Source: Tubiluchus corallicola
Taxonomy: Eukaryota > Animalia > Priapulida
Assembly: GCA_030141605.1 (NCBI GenBank)
Contig: JAQGDQ010000964.1
Location: 1 to 64,000, forward strand
DNA length: 64,000 bases
Direction of reading: 5' to 3'
Within the stretch, counting starts at the first letter, position 1. Each line of letters starts with the position of its first letter. Both the position numbers and the translations under genes were made by a program. Of the stretch, positions 1 through 15,073 are shown piece by piece. The notes below the pieces were generated by a model. That model had not been told where the DNA came from. It did not search any database and saw only the letters and a program-made list of their open reading frames with translations.

Positions 1-196
1 CTGGTCACGTCCACACTGACCATACAATAGCGTTTAAGGTGAATGAAGTGACACTTGTTTTTAGAAAAATGTAACTACAGCTAAGTAATAAGCTACACAA
101 GCAAAAATAAGTGAAAATGAGAACACACAATGCATCATGGAACTGAAATAATTCTTTCCCTGTAACCACCAAATGTGTGAACAGATGTACTACAAC

Positions 197-210
197 TTCT
201 CCCCCCTCTC

Positions 211-267
<57 letters not shown>

Positions 268-268
268 G
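197..268. repeat. (TC)n microsatellite
   Basis: Direct reading. Confidence 0.95.
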
Positions 269-1488
269 GCGTCCACAAGTCACGTGGCCCGATAATTTCA
301 GGTACGTCACGTCGCTACTCTTTGCGCAGTGATATAAACATCTATGAAAGAGGGACTCTATAGGGTCCTAGAACTGCATTGCGCTGCCATCTTTTGGCAG
401 TTTTTGTAATATTTTCCACCATGCATATAGTTAAAACAATAAGAATTATTATTATACTATTTAAATGATCCAAGAACGTTGTGAACAATGACCATGTATT
501 TACAACGTACTTGACCTAATCCAACAGCCTGTGTATAACAAGTGCCAGAACAATATTTTCTTTTTTACAATGATAGTTTTGTTTTAGCTACAGATTCAGA
601 TTCACGTTCATTTTATTTCCCATTTTGTGATACATATCACATTTTTAATTGTTACTACATTAAGAAAATACAATTCAAGGAAAGGGTGGCGAAAAACTAA
701 ACAGTTATTTAAATCAGCCCCCCTTATAATGTTTATCACAGAAGCCCATAAAGATTATCATACATTAATTATTAATTTTCAAATATATAAATAATTTAAG
801 TATTCCATTCAGAGTAACAAGATGGCGCTACTCAAAAATCCCTGATTAAACGCCAGAACATTTACTTTGAAACAAACAATCACTTTGGAAACAATTCAAT
901 AGCAAAAAACATCGTCCAGCTCTGGAATTCGCTGACAGTCGAAATCAAAAGTGTTAAATGATTAACCGCATCAAAACCAAATTAAAACCATTAATGATGT
1001 CAAGATTTGAAAATGCGCAACTTACCAATATGACAACTTACACACTAATGCAGAATTCATTTACCCCAGGCCATATTAAACTATTTAATTTTGCTCATAG
1101 TAAGTTTGAAAATATATGAAATATGTGAAGTTTAAGTTTGAAGTTGTATTTTACTTTTTCTGTACCTGTAGTTTAGTTTCTGCACTGATGCATTTGTCTC
1201 CAACAGTGTATGGTTTTTTAACTATCACTGATTGAGCATCTTAATATTCTGTAATCATTCTCCATATATTATGGCAAATAAATATGTTACTATTCTATAC
1301 TGTTAGTGAAGTTTATTGTGTTAGCAAATGAGTGTATAATTTTACATTATGTATGTAATGAATATAAAAAAATTATCAAATCAAAAACAAGCAACTACAA
1401 ACAGGTAATTAAGAAAAAAGTGATCATAGCACTAAAATAAAAGAAATTTTAATATTGAATTATCCATATTTGGCAAATAGATGTAACA

Positions 1489-1857
1489 ACATCAAATTGA
1501 AATTTATTGCATACCGGTTTTAAACCAAACTGTTTATAGTCAAGGCATCTAAAACAAAGAAATTTACCAGAATTTAGAAACAACGTTGAAATACAATTCA
1601 GTAGTTAGATAGCTAAAAGATATATGATATAATATTATATAGATAATTTAACAATTTACCTTTACCTAAACATGTAATCTGTAAGGTAAATTATTAAATT
1701 ATCTAGATAATATTATATTATATATCTTTTGGCTATCTATCTACTGAATTGTATTTCGATGTTGTTTCTAAATTCTGGTAAATTTCTTTGTTTTAGATGC
1801 CTTGACTATGAACAGTTTGGTTTAAAATCAGTCGACACTAGATTTCATTTTGATGTG
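1489..1857. mobile_element. Fold-back (hairpin) MITE-like element
   Basis: Arms of about 175 bp are near-perfect reverse complements around a short loop near 1665-1680. Confidence 0.75.
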
Positions 1858-1891
1858 ATTTTAACATCATACAGTTTTATTGAGTTAACAT

Positions 1892-2250
1892 AACATGCAT
1901 GTTTATTGTACATTGTAATTACAAGTTTACAATAACACAAGGTAAACATGCACGTTTGTTGTACATTGTAATTACAAGTTTACAATAACACGAGGTAAAC
2001 ATGCACGTTTGTTGTACATTGTAATTACAAGTTTACAATAACACGAGGTAAACATGCACGTTTGTTGTACATTGTAATTACAAGTTTACAATAACACGAG
2101 GTAAACATGCACGTTTGTTGTACATTGTAATTACAAGTTTACAATAACACGAGGTAAACTTGCACGTTTGTTGTGCATTGTAATTACAAGTTTACAATAA
2201 CACGAGGTAAACATGCACGTTTGTTGTACATTGTAATTACAAGTTTACAA
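1892..2250. repeat. 53-bp tandem repeat (about 6.5 copies) just 3' of the 102-aa gene stop codon
   Basis: Unit gtaaacatgcacgtttgttgtacattgtaattacaagtttacaataacacgag. Confidence 0.92.
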
Positions 2251-2299
2251 AAACACCAGGTAAGCAATAATACTTGCATGTATGTACAACACTCGAAAT

Positions 2300-4686
2300 T
2301 TATGAAAAATCCTGATAATTAATACGAGGGAAACGGAACTTGGCTTTTCCCTGACTAAATTCTGGACTAAAGGCTGGTCGACCGTTGGAGAAAAGGGTGT
2401 TGGGGTCCTGGAGGAACTTTCTCCCATAGTAGCCGATCCTTGGATTGTGGTAATGATGGTCCCTCCGCAGAAAAGCGTACCGATCATGAACATCAAGACC
2501 AAGTCGCGGACGTCGAAATCTGTCAGCATAATAGAGTTCTCCAGCGTCAGCAAACTGAAAAAATAGCTGAAAAATTGACAAAAAACTTCAGTTACTAATT
2601 TTATATCTTTGTCTTAATCTAATTATTCATTTTTAATAGTATTAATCTTTTTTGATAAAGGTCAAGAAAAGGGGTACCGGAAGTAGGTTTCAGAAAAATC
2701 GCCTTATAAAATTATATTACTTTACAGCAATTTTGTGCGTATGTCGTACTCGCTTTAAAGGGAATTTTTGTTTGTTTTCATTTTAAATCTCTCGCAATAC
2801 TGTTCTGACCGCGCCAATACATGACGTCATATACGCGCAACGTAAATCAGGGGAAGAAAAGGAAATGTTAAACTATGTCCCAAAAAACTTTCCATACAAA
2901 GTTATGTTACTGAGCATTTCCCTTACCTACTGGAAAAGACTTATGTAACTAGAAAAGAAAATTATTAATTCTTTCAAATATTTTCACCAATTGGTAAAAC
3001 GTTGCTGACTCACCCTCCAGGGTGCACCACTCACTAGCCAAAAACGTATTTTTAATCTTATTAACAAGATATAGTGATTTAGAATTTTACTTAGTTAGTG
3101 ACTTGTGCTACGAATGCTCTGATTATTTTTTCAAACTTTGCTCAGTGTTATCTAAACTTATTTCAAATGAATTGTCGTCAAAATGGCTGCATCTAACGGT
3201 CATCCAGGAAGTTTAAATTTACACGTTTTATACAGCGTGACTGCCGATTGAAGTCCTGTATGCAAAAAGGCAGTATGTAAGCGATATAAAATTTCAAAAC
3301 GAATTTTTTAAGCTTTAAATTTATGAAGTGTTTTCTTGTGCTTTAAAGTACAAGAAAATGTCGCGAAGTTCGCCTTAATTACTTCGCGTTGATTAATTTG
3401 ATTTCTAAATATTTCATTGTGTCTTCTTGCTCATCTCTTCATCTCATTCCCTCCCTTTTTTAGGCTTGTTACAGCATTGAAATAGCTTAAATTCCCTCTA
3501 ATCTTACTGTACTTATTTGTTACAGCATTGATATAGCTTAAATTTCCCTCTAATCTTACTGCACGTATTTGCTTCTGAATGACCTTTCACATTAACAGTG
3601 TTCTAGTTTTCTGTATTGAAGCTGTGTAAGACAAGTCTGCTTTGAACATTTAGACCTGTGGGCTAGCCAGGCTATGTTTTAGTATAGTGCTCTTTCAGTA
3701 TTTATAATTATGTTATCTATGTACCTGATAGTATAGATGTTATAATATAATTCCTCCTGACTTGTTAATGATTGTTTTTTTATTTGATCGAAAAAACTAA
3801 CAGGCTTAATACTTGTGGGCAAAGTTTAATTCAGTAACAGCTCTCCCACCTATTTCATTGCCAACAGAAAACAGTCTTCATAAATAATGTTTAAAAATTC
3901 GTCTTGAAATTTCATATCACTCTCAAACAGTCTTATAGGGTACAGGGCTTGTGCCGTAGCAGCAACACTGTATGAAACAAATGAATTTAAACTCCCATAA
4001 TGACAGTCAGGCGCAGCCATTTTAATGGTAGGTCGTTTGAAACAAGTTTAGATAACATTGCGTAAAGTTTGAAAAATAATCACATCATTCGTAGCGCACA
4101 TGTTGCTAATTAAGTAAAATTTTAAATTACTGTATCTTGTGAATAAGATTAAAAACACGTAATAACTAAGCAAAATTATAAATTACTCGTATCTCCATTA
4201 AGATCAATAATGTGTTTTTTTGTGAGCCAGTAGTGCACACTGGGAAGGTGATAGTGACACTTTACTAGGTGGCACGAATATTTTAAATTATTAAAAAATT
4301 TCTTTTCCTATTACATAAGTCTTTGACACAGGTAAGTTTAATGCTAAGTAATATAACTTTGTATTAAAAGTTCTTTGACATTGACTTTAAAATTCACTTT
4401 TCTTTCCTTCTAACGTTGTTTGGGTTAATATCTAACTTGCGTTACTATAACTTAGGTCTGTATCGCATGATGTTTAGAGCTTAACGCTGGAGATATAACC
4501 TCAGTAAACCTCATGAAATTAGCCACAATTTTACCAATTTTTTGCGCCACAACACAATACTATTTTAAAGTTTCCTACATTAAATAAGAAGGCATCGTGC
4601 AAGAAAGTTAATTTCAAAATGTCTCCACTCACCGCCATGATGATAAGTAATGTTGTTATGCAGAGACATCTGGTGAGTGATTCCAT
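2300..4686 (-). CDS. Small secreted Arg/His/Tyr-rich protein, 102 aa, join(complement 4633..4686, 2300..2554); MESLTRCLCITTLLIIMA|FADA-GELYYADRF...PRIGYYG...GRPAFSP...QDFS
   Basis: ATG at 4686 lies in an exon with an acceptor (plus-strand ctg 4702-4704) and a phase-0 GCG|GTGAGT donor (4627-4632). The acceptor ttttttcag at 2555 gives an in-frame join to ORF 2300..2581. The join forms a hydrophobic signal peptide ending A-D-A. The C-terminal motif is shared with the neighbouring gene. Confidence 0.8.
2655..4440. mobile_element. Dispersed DNA-transposon-like repeat present as two inverted arms (about 2655-3240 and 3965-4440) in the intron of the 102-aa gene
   Basis: The arms are diverged reverse complements; 2655-3240 is also the reverse complement of 18325-18900. 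Confidence 0.6.
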
Positions 4687-5149
4687 ACTACTTCAGTATA
4701 ACTGAAAAGGTATTTGTTGATTGGATATTTCCTTTAACCTATACAAAATTACATGTTAATGCAAATGAAATTGAAAACGTCGATTAAAATTAAAACCGGA
4801 TCCAATCTTAAACTGTATGTCAAAACAATCTACTCTTTAAAATGTTGAAAAGAAACATACTATTTTTTCAAAAATGACTTACATGAAACAATTATTACCA
4901 CAAAAACACAATTTCACGTTCACGCCACTAGTTCCTCGCTGTTACATACATTTCGCCATTCGCTAGTTAGATGGGCACAGGCGCCTGGATTTCGAAAACG
5001 CATTGCACAAAAAACAGGTGCTGTGCATCTCAGTTCAGATTTGTTAGTTTGTGACGAACTGCACACGTTCCACAACCCGTGAGCACAACGGTAAATTTGA
5101 AATATAAGTTTTTATCTTAAAACTTGCCTAATTTTAGTACAACAAACTG

Positions 5150-5312
5150 AACTAGACTAGACCAGACTACACCAGACTAGACCAGACTAGACTAGACTAG
5201 ATTAGACTAGACTAGACTAAACTAGACTAGACTAGACTAGACTAGACTAGACTAGATTAAATCAAATCAAATCAAATCAAATCAAATCAAATCAAATCAA
5301 ATCAAATCAAAT
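5150..5312. repeat. (ACTAG)n followed by (AATCA)n pentanucleotide microsatellites
   Basis: Direct reading. Confidence 0.95.
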
Positions 5313-5520
5313 ATAATTATCTAGTTGTCACAATACAAACGGCAGCACAGCAAAAAAAGAACACACGTTTACAAAGTCAAAAACGAAATGCAAGAATCGT
5401 ATAAAAAGTACGATATCACAAAAATACTGTTAACACAGCTACACATACAGAAGCTAATGCTACATTGATTAAACTTCACCTGAATGTTTGATTTCGCCAA
5501 ATTCTATGATGATTACGTAC

Positions 5521-5603
5521 CTGCGCGCTCCCTGGCTTTAAGGGAAAGCGTTGAGTCAGTTCTAATATTACTTCTTTCTGAATTTTTCACTTTCACGACA
5601 CTG
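5521..5603 (-). other. Probable non-coding first exon of the 102-aa secreted protein gene
   Basis: CAG|GTACGT donor at 5515-5520 and a TCAGT initiator-like motif near 5600 on the minus strand. No ATG. Mirrors the UTR exon of the neighbouring paralog. Confidence 0.45.
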
Positions 5604-5912
5604 AAAGTACGTTTCCTTTAACCGAAAGAGCTAGTCTATTGTTAATGCTGCTGAACAGTTGTCTGAGCTACTGACCCATAATCTTTATTAACCACGACAA
5701 AGTAAAAGTAATGAAGTGTTTGTGTCGTAATTTATTTTACTCAGTACAATTTTATTACGGTCTAACTACTCTACTTACAGATGGTTGAGTCGATAAAGAG
5801 TTTATTTACATCGAGAAAATATTCTAGTCGCCATTTTACAATCTTTGTAATGGCGCTTGATAACTGCAGTTTGTTTTTATGTAAGAATAAATGTACATCT
5901 AAAACTAAACTA

Positions 5913-6238
<326 letters not shown>

Positions 6239-7336
6239 ACATAGATGTTCTTAAAATTATAACCAACTTCTTACGTACTAAAACTAATAGTATTGATATT
6301 TAAATTTCATACTAGTTCCTCTAATATGGAAATTTTGTAAAAAAATTGATATACTAATATATCTGCCTTGTTAACTGCTGAATGCTTCTAAATTAATGTA
6401 CTCATGCTTCTTAACTGGAGAAACTGTTACATGTTATTTAGTAATGGTATGTTTCTCATTGGTTTTATTTTTGATGTATTTTTCTGGTTGTGGTGTAATA
6501 AACTCCTAAACTGATGTATTATATAAAGTGCATAAAGTGGCTTTGCCATGTTTATGTGTAAAACGAACGTAATACGGATTGAAATCAAATTTATTCTTAA
6601 TTTTAAATGGAACGCATAAAGTAGTAATTCACTGAGCATAAAACAGAAGTTTGCAATCTCTGACGGGTATACCAGAATTGACACATTTCATTGTCCAAAA
6701 TTTTCTACTTTACAGAAAACAGCAACATTATACAAAGGTAAAAAAGTTCACAATGATAAATTTTCATTCATTGTCAGTGGGAAAAGAAGTTATGAAGATG
6801 TGATAATGACTGAAGTGAAACTTGAAGATTATTCAACAATCTAGACAGAGACAATGAACATGAGCTTACAGAATTTTACAGAATTGTAACACTTCATTAT
6901 GGTACTTGCAAAAAATTAGTGTATTTTCTTATTCATAAGATTTTTAAATGTTGAAACAAATCTCAAATTGAAACAGATCTCAAACACGAAATTTCTCTTC
7001 ATAATTGACATTAAGGATGTAAGGTCTACTATCGAGAACAAGACTAGAATTCGTTTTTATTTTTCGTTTAGTGCGTTAAACTGAATGTTTTTATCTAAAA
7101 TTTGTCCTCCAAAAGTATTATTAGTGCTTCGTGTCCATTACCGTGCCACCTGTTTATTTTTGTAAATGAAAACAATAAACAACTGAGTTAAAGCATCATG
7201 ATGTACTTATTTACATTATCACTTCATAACGTTCAATATGTAAATGAAAATACGTAAGTGTTAATAGACGTCACAACCTATTACAATTCAATATTTAATC
7301 ATGGGAATTTCTATCCTGACACCTACAGTCTCTTTA

Positions 7337-7922
7337 TTAAGTTTAGAGATAGCTTTGCCTCTAAACGTGGGGAAAACTAACTTTCCTTTAACTACAGTTA
7401 GTACATATTAAGTTTAGAGATAGTTTTGCCTCTAAACGTGGGGAAAACTAACTTTCCTTTAACTACAGTTAGTACATATTAAGTTTAGAGATAGCTTTGC
7501 CTCTAAACGTCGGGAAAACTTTACTGCCCTTTAACTACAGTTAGTACATATTAAGTTTAGAGATAGTTTTGCCTCTAAACGTGGGGAAAACTAACTTCCC
7601 TTTAACTACAGTTAGTACATATTAAGTTTAGAGATAGTTTTGCCTCTAAACGGGGAAAACTAACTTCCCTTTAACTACAGTTAGTACATAACTTAAACGT
7701 GGGGGAAAACTAACTTCCCTTTAACTACAGTTTGTACATATTAAGTTTAGAGATAGTTTTGCCTCTAAACGTGGGGGAAAACTAACTTTCCTTTAACTAC
7801 AGTTTGTACATATTAAGTTTAGAAATAGTTTTGCCTCTAAACGTGGGGAAAACTAACTTCCCTTTAACTACAGTTTGTACATATTAAGTTTAGAGATAGT
7901 TTTGCCTCTAAACGTGGGGAAA
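7337..7922. repeat. 71-bp tandem repeat (about 8 copies) with two internal hairpins
   Basis: Unit ttaagtttagagatagttttgcctctaaacgtggggaaaactaactttcctttaactacagttagtacata. Confidence 0.92.
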
Positions 7923-8043
7923 GACCTGTTCCGTCAACTTTCTCAGCGAGTTATTTCCTACCCTGGACATTATACTAGGTCTCTTCAGTAAACAATTACA
8001 AGGTTAATGATGCAATAAGACAGTTTCTTATATATCTATATAT

Positions 8044-8104
<61 letters not shown>

Positions 8105-9101
8105 CTTGCACAATAAATCTACAGAAGTAATTATGTACTTTTTCTTTAAGTACTTCGTACAGTTATTTATACAGACAAAATATTAATTTGCTTATTTCAG
8201 AAATGAGTTTCCGAAATCTACATTGTTGAATCTTGTTGAATATAGCGCACTATATCCTTTAAAATCTCAACATGTTGAACAATAAAATTCACTTGAAATC
8301 CGTAGGAAACATAAAATTTAAAAGACATTAAAAGTCAAAAAAAAAATTCATCATAAGAAGTGCAATTTAAACAAATGTGTTTTAAGATGTTGTTGAAACA
8401 ATCAAATGAATTTGCAAACTCTAGGTTCTAATTTTCGTAATGAGAAGGACAGTAGAGTTTTGAATTATTGAAGTTTGCGATCTTCATGTACAGGGAGTCC
8501 AAAAAGTAAAATTTTGCAATAATCAAGTTTGGACGTTTTGAGGGCATGTACGAGTTTTTCAGTTGTTTGGTGATCGAGAATATGTCTGATTTTTCCAATT
8601 TTCCACAAATCCAATGATGCTGACCGACTAATGTTTGCTAGATGGTTTGAGATAGTACCAAAAGTGTCAAAAGTTACTACAAGATTTTTACAGTTTCTGG
8701 AGGATTGATACTGACGTCACAAATCTCTACAAAGTAGGGAGGGAGTTCACAAGAAGCTCCCTGAAATTTAGTCTGTTTATGAACTGATTATGTTTTGACA
8801 TTGTGTAAGGTGAGTTTATTGAGTTTAATATAATATTGTTTAGTAATGCTGTGTACCTCATAATTTCGAAGCATTGAAGTTCATCCAAGACAGCAAGTTT
8901 AGCTGTGTCACTTGAACGAAGGTCAAGGTCAAAGTGAGAAAATCACAAAATGGCGATTTGTGTAGTTGCCAAAGAGTTAAATTTCATTTTGTATTTTGTT
9001 TTAGCAGTACTAGCAAATGTCGTCAGCAAATGTCACATAAAGATCACTTTGGGCAAAAGCTTTTTTGAATTAAATGTACCAAAGTACGGAAAGTATAATA
9101 G

Positions 9102-9595
9102 CAGTGGCGGCTCGTGTATAGATATATAGAAATACAGCGCCCCCTGTATTCACTCTATATTATGGATAATATTCAATATAATAAGTCTTTTTCTTTAGTT
9201 CTTTCTACATACTTGTATGAAACCAGAGCACGTGACGGTAGTACTGTTTGCTTCACAGTCCAGCACTGTGCGTTCCAGCAACGTGGTGTTTGGCTGTTGA
9301 GCTCATGTGGAGAAAGTACTGTCACTCACACAGTTTGTTGTCAGTTGCCACGTGCTTACCGTGAATGGATCAAGCTTGAACTAAGACAATTTAAGCTTTT
9401 AGTAAGAAAAAATATTATTTTTTGTTTGCTTAGGATTTTATCAAGTTTATGTATAAACTTTCACGTGTTTGTTTGTTTAAAATTACAATTAAAATTACAT
9501 AATTATATTTGTTTCATTTTACACAGTATTAAAACAATGGCTAAAAGTTTTCTGAAGCAGCACCGCCAGTAATTTTAGCCTTTGAACCGCCACTG
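9102..9595 (+). mobile_element. hAT-type MITE (CAGTGGCGG family)
   Basis: TIRs CAGTGGCGG/CCGCCACTG; near-perfect 8-bp TSD tataatag/tataataa; further copies at 37869-38351 and 48509-49688. Confidence 0.8.
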
Positions 9596-10063
9596 TATAA
9601 TAATGCCAATATTTAGATCATCAATTCAATTATCATAGAACCCGTAAGTCGATTCTAATATAAAACGTTTTATTTACTTTATCCAAAGCTTATGATAATT
9701 CCTCAGGAATATCACGTCAACCTATAGACAATGTATGTGCAAAATAAATTTACATAATATTATCAACATTTGCATAGTATGAACAAACTAACTCAACTAC
9801 TACTAAATTTTCATATACAACACTATGTACAAAATAACTTGTTCAAGATGTATGTGTTTATAGGTGTGAAAGACCCGACATTACTCAGAAGTTACACGCA
9901 AATTGCCTGTTTATTTTACAAAAACTTATCCAGATCTAATTGGTTGTGCTTGTCCACATCCTTGAATCGGACATCATCTTATTTCTAATGTCTAATATCC
10001 TCATGCCTTTGTATAGAGAATTGGTTACCAGTTTTCCCAGTATTATGATTGCTGACTGAATAT

Positions 10064-12002
<1,939 letters not shown>

Positions 12003-12699
12003 TGTAACCTGCAAGAACAATAATCTATAAAAACAACGCCTTAAAGCAAATAAACCGTAAGAAGGTTGCATCAAGGCAATTAAGGCGATTCACAATGACT
12101 ATACTAATATTTCTGCTAGGTTCCTGTATCTCCACATCATAAAGGAACAAGCCGACACGAAAACTTTATCCGGTCACGCTGTTGTTCTTACACCTCTAAG
12201 CTGACCCCCATAATTTCTCAAAATTTTATCACTTGTCTGATCCAAGCATTGCTTCTTACTTAATGTGCTCATGTTTACTGTACATAAAGCTTCTTCGTTC
12301 ACTGCATGATTTACAAACACTTTTTTAACTACATCACATTTCAACAGATGCGCCAAGATTTCTCAGTTAAATTCGTTATGACCTACTAGACTGACCTATA
12401 CTAAATTTAGAGTTGTGAATATTAATCATTTTCCAGACACCCTCAGAACAATCTCATTTACAGATGAGATGGTCAAATGAAAAGAAGAACTGATACAAAA
12501 TGGTTGACAAAAGAAAACGAAAATACAAAACTACGAAGCATCGACAGTAGCTACTAAGCCAGAGAGAACACACAAGATGATACTACACCAAATCTTCCTT
12601 GATTACAAACAAGAGACAGCACTCGTAGTATATGAGAAACTGAAGGAAAACCTGGAATTGTGATGATTCCGATGAATCTTCAACGCGGTAGAGGAGGTG

Positions 12700-13255
12700 A
12701 CATGAGCTCGTTTGTTGAAGAACTAACTGATAGACCCCAGGAGATGAATGTTTGCTCAAGAACTGCCTGATTTGCTGCAGTGAGACGATGGTTCATTGAG
12801 AGCCTTACTGATAGAGTGAGTGTGTTCCTATGGTAGACCTCCTGAGACGAGGGTTTGTTGAATAACTAATTTGTAGATTGTATAAACACCTCATCAGGCG
12901 AAGGTTCGCTGAGAAAAAAACTAATAGATTGTGTAGCAGACCTCCTGAGACGAGGGTTTGTTGATTAACTAATTAATAAATTGTGCAAAAGACCTCATCA
13001 GGCGAAGGTTCACTGAAAAAATAACTGACAGATTGTGTAGTAGACCTTCTGAGACGAGGGTTTGTTAAGGAACTGACTAACGGACTGTGTAAAAGACCTC
13101 AACAGAAGAAGATTAGTTGAAAAAACAATTGATAGGGCCTGTACTAACCTCTTGAGACGAAGGTTCGTTAGGAAAATAACTGATAGATTGTGTAGTAAAC
13201 CTTCTGAGACTAGGGTTTGCTACGAAACTGACTAAAAGACTGTGCAAAAGACCAC
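12700..13255. repeat. Degenerate tandem repeat of about 52 bp with a dimeric period of about 104 bp
   Basis: gacct(c/t)ctgagacgaggg recurs near 12836, 12939, 13043 and 13147, alternating with gacctcatcaggcgaagg. Confidence 0.75.
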
Positions 13256-13684
13256 AGTTTAGCATCTCATTAGAATCTTTATGCCTCTCTATACAGAAAT
13301 GTAATTAATGTAAACTAATCATTATGTCAAATGTTGCGTTGAATACGATTTATTCGCTTCATTTACAATACGATATTTAAAGAATTAAAAACCGATAAAT
13401 CACGACATATTTTTACTAAAATTAAGTTTCAATGAAATTGCAATTAAAGAGAAAAAAGTAAGTTAAAAAGAAAATCTTACAGAGTTGTCTATGTATTTAA
13501 TACAAAGTTTAACACCCAAGTAAATAATAAATGATATAAGGATATATATATGGACAAATGTTTATCACAAAATGAAACAAAAAACACGCATACATGTATA
13601 CAATCCGTTAATATAAGTTTCACTGAGAAAGGTTAGTCCTTGTCACGTTCTGGGAAGGTTTATAAATGCGCACTTTCGACTTAC

Positions 13685-13758
13685 CTCTAAGCGCCAAGCT
13701 CCGTCGGCGACACAAATAAAGAAAAGTTCGTCGTCACTGCTCGCCCTTCCATTTTATA
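13685..13758 (-). promoter_or_regulatory. TATA box and non-coding first exon of the Gly/Tyr-rich protein gene
   Basis: TATAAAA on the minus strand at 13758-13752, and a strong GAG|GTAAGT donor at 13679-13684 about 70 nt downstream. Confidence 0.6.
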
Positions 13759-14367
13759 CGAACCCCCTACTGGACCACTGACCCACATAGGACACTTTCA
13801 CTCGCCTGAGACGTGGGCAGTCCCTTTGTGAGACGTAAAAGAGTTAATTCCACGGAAATGAAGGGTCTCCATTTTATCTAGTAATCAGAATAATGTCGCG
13901 GAAAATGTCGTTTGTCTAAACCTGTTAGAATTCTTATATTTGTGAGTTTTTTTAGCGTTCTTACCCTTTAGCAAATTTTATTGTAGTCGAGTGTCGCCAT
14001 AATGGATCCGCCATGATGGATCCGCCATAATGGATCCGCCATAAGATTGTCTGATATTAAGATGTGACAGCGAGAGTGAATTTGATACGCAAGGCACGTT
14101 TTCAGGTCAGTTGACATGTCACATAATATCCGTAAAATAATTCCAGCAAAGAAAACTTTCCCTTGTAGTTGATTTTAATTCATTTGTTACAAAGTTCTTG
14201 CAGTAGCATTCATAATATACCATTGAAGTGGAATAAATAAATTAAAATTTCGCTAGAAGTCTCTTAAAAACTTTTACTTCTAGTGTAGACTTTAAAAATT
14301 ATGTTAACCATTTTGGTATAAATGTGAGTTACAGACACAAAAGCTAAATTTAATAGCAGTCATAATA

Positions 14368-14417
14368 TCATCATCATCGTCGTCGTTGCCACATCATCAT
14401 TATTACTATCATCAACG

Positions 14418-14468
<51 letters not shown>

Positions 14469-15073
14469 ACACCATCATCAACATCATCACCATTATCATC
14501 ATCGTTGTCGTTGCCACATCATCATTTATCATTATCATCAACGTCATCATCACCATCAGCAACACCATAAACAACATCATCATCATCGTCGTCGTTGTCA
14601 TCGTCATCGTCATCGTCATCGTCGTCATCGCCATCATCATCATCATCAAAAACAACATCATCAACATCATTATCCTCATCGCCGTCGTCACCGTAATCGT
14701 CATCATCATCATCATCACCATCATTATCATTATTATTATCAACACCATCAGCAACATCAGCACCATTATCATCATCATCGTCGTCGTCACATCATCACTA
14801 TCATTATCATCTATGTCATCACCATTATCATCATCATCATCACCATCATCATCAACACCATCATCAACGTCATCATCACCATCATCATCATCATCATCAT
14901 CATCAACATCACCATCATCAACTTCATCATCATCATCGTCGTCGTCGTCATCATCATCATCATTATCATCATCACCATCATCATCATCATCATCAACACC
15001 ATCATCAACATCATCACCATTATCATCATCATCAATGTCATCGTCATCGTCATCGTCATCATCGTCATCATCA
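14368..15073. repeat. Degenerate (CAT)n microsatellite
   Basis: Direct reading; explains the poly-H/I/M/S ORFs. Confidence 0.95.

Noticed and set aside
2245-2553. Alternative-frame ORF overlapping the 102-aa gene
   Set aside because: Phase incompatible with the signal-peptide exon; the other frame carries the family motif.
12700-13255. Ser/Thr-rich repeat as a possible extra coding exon of the Gly/Tyr gene
   Set aside because: The period of about 52 bp is not a multiple of 3, stops are frequent, and it lies upstream of the start codon.
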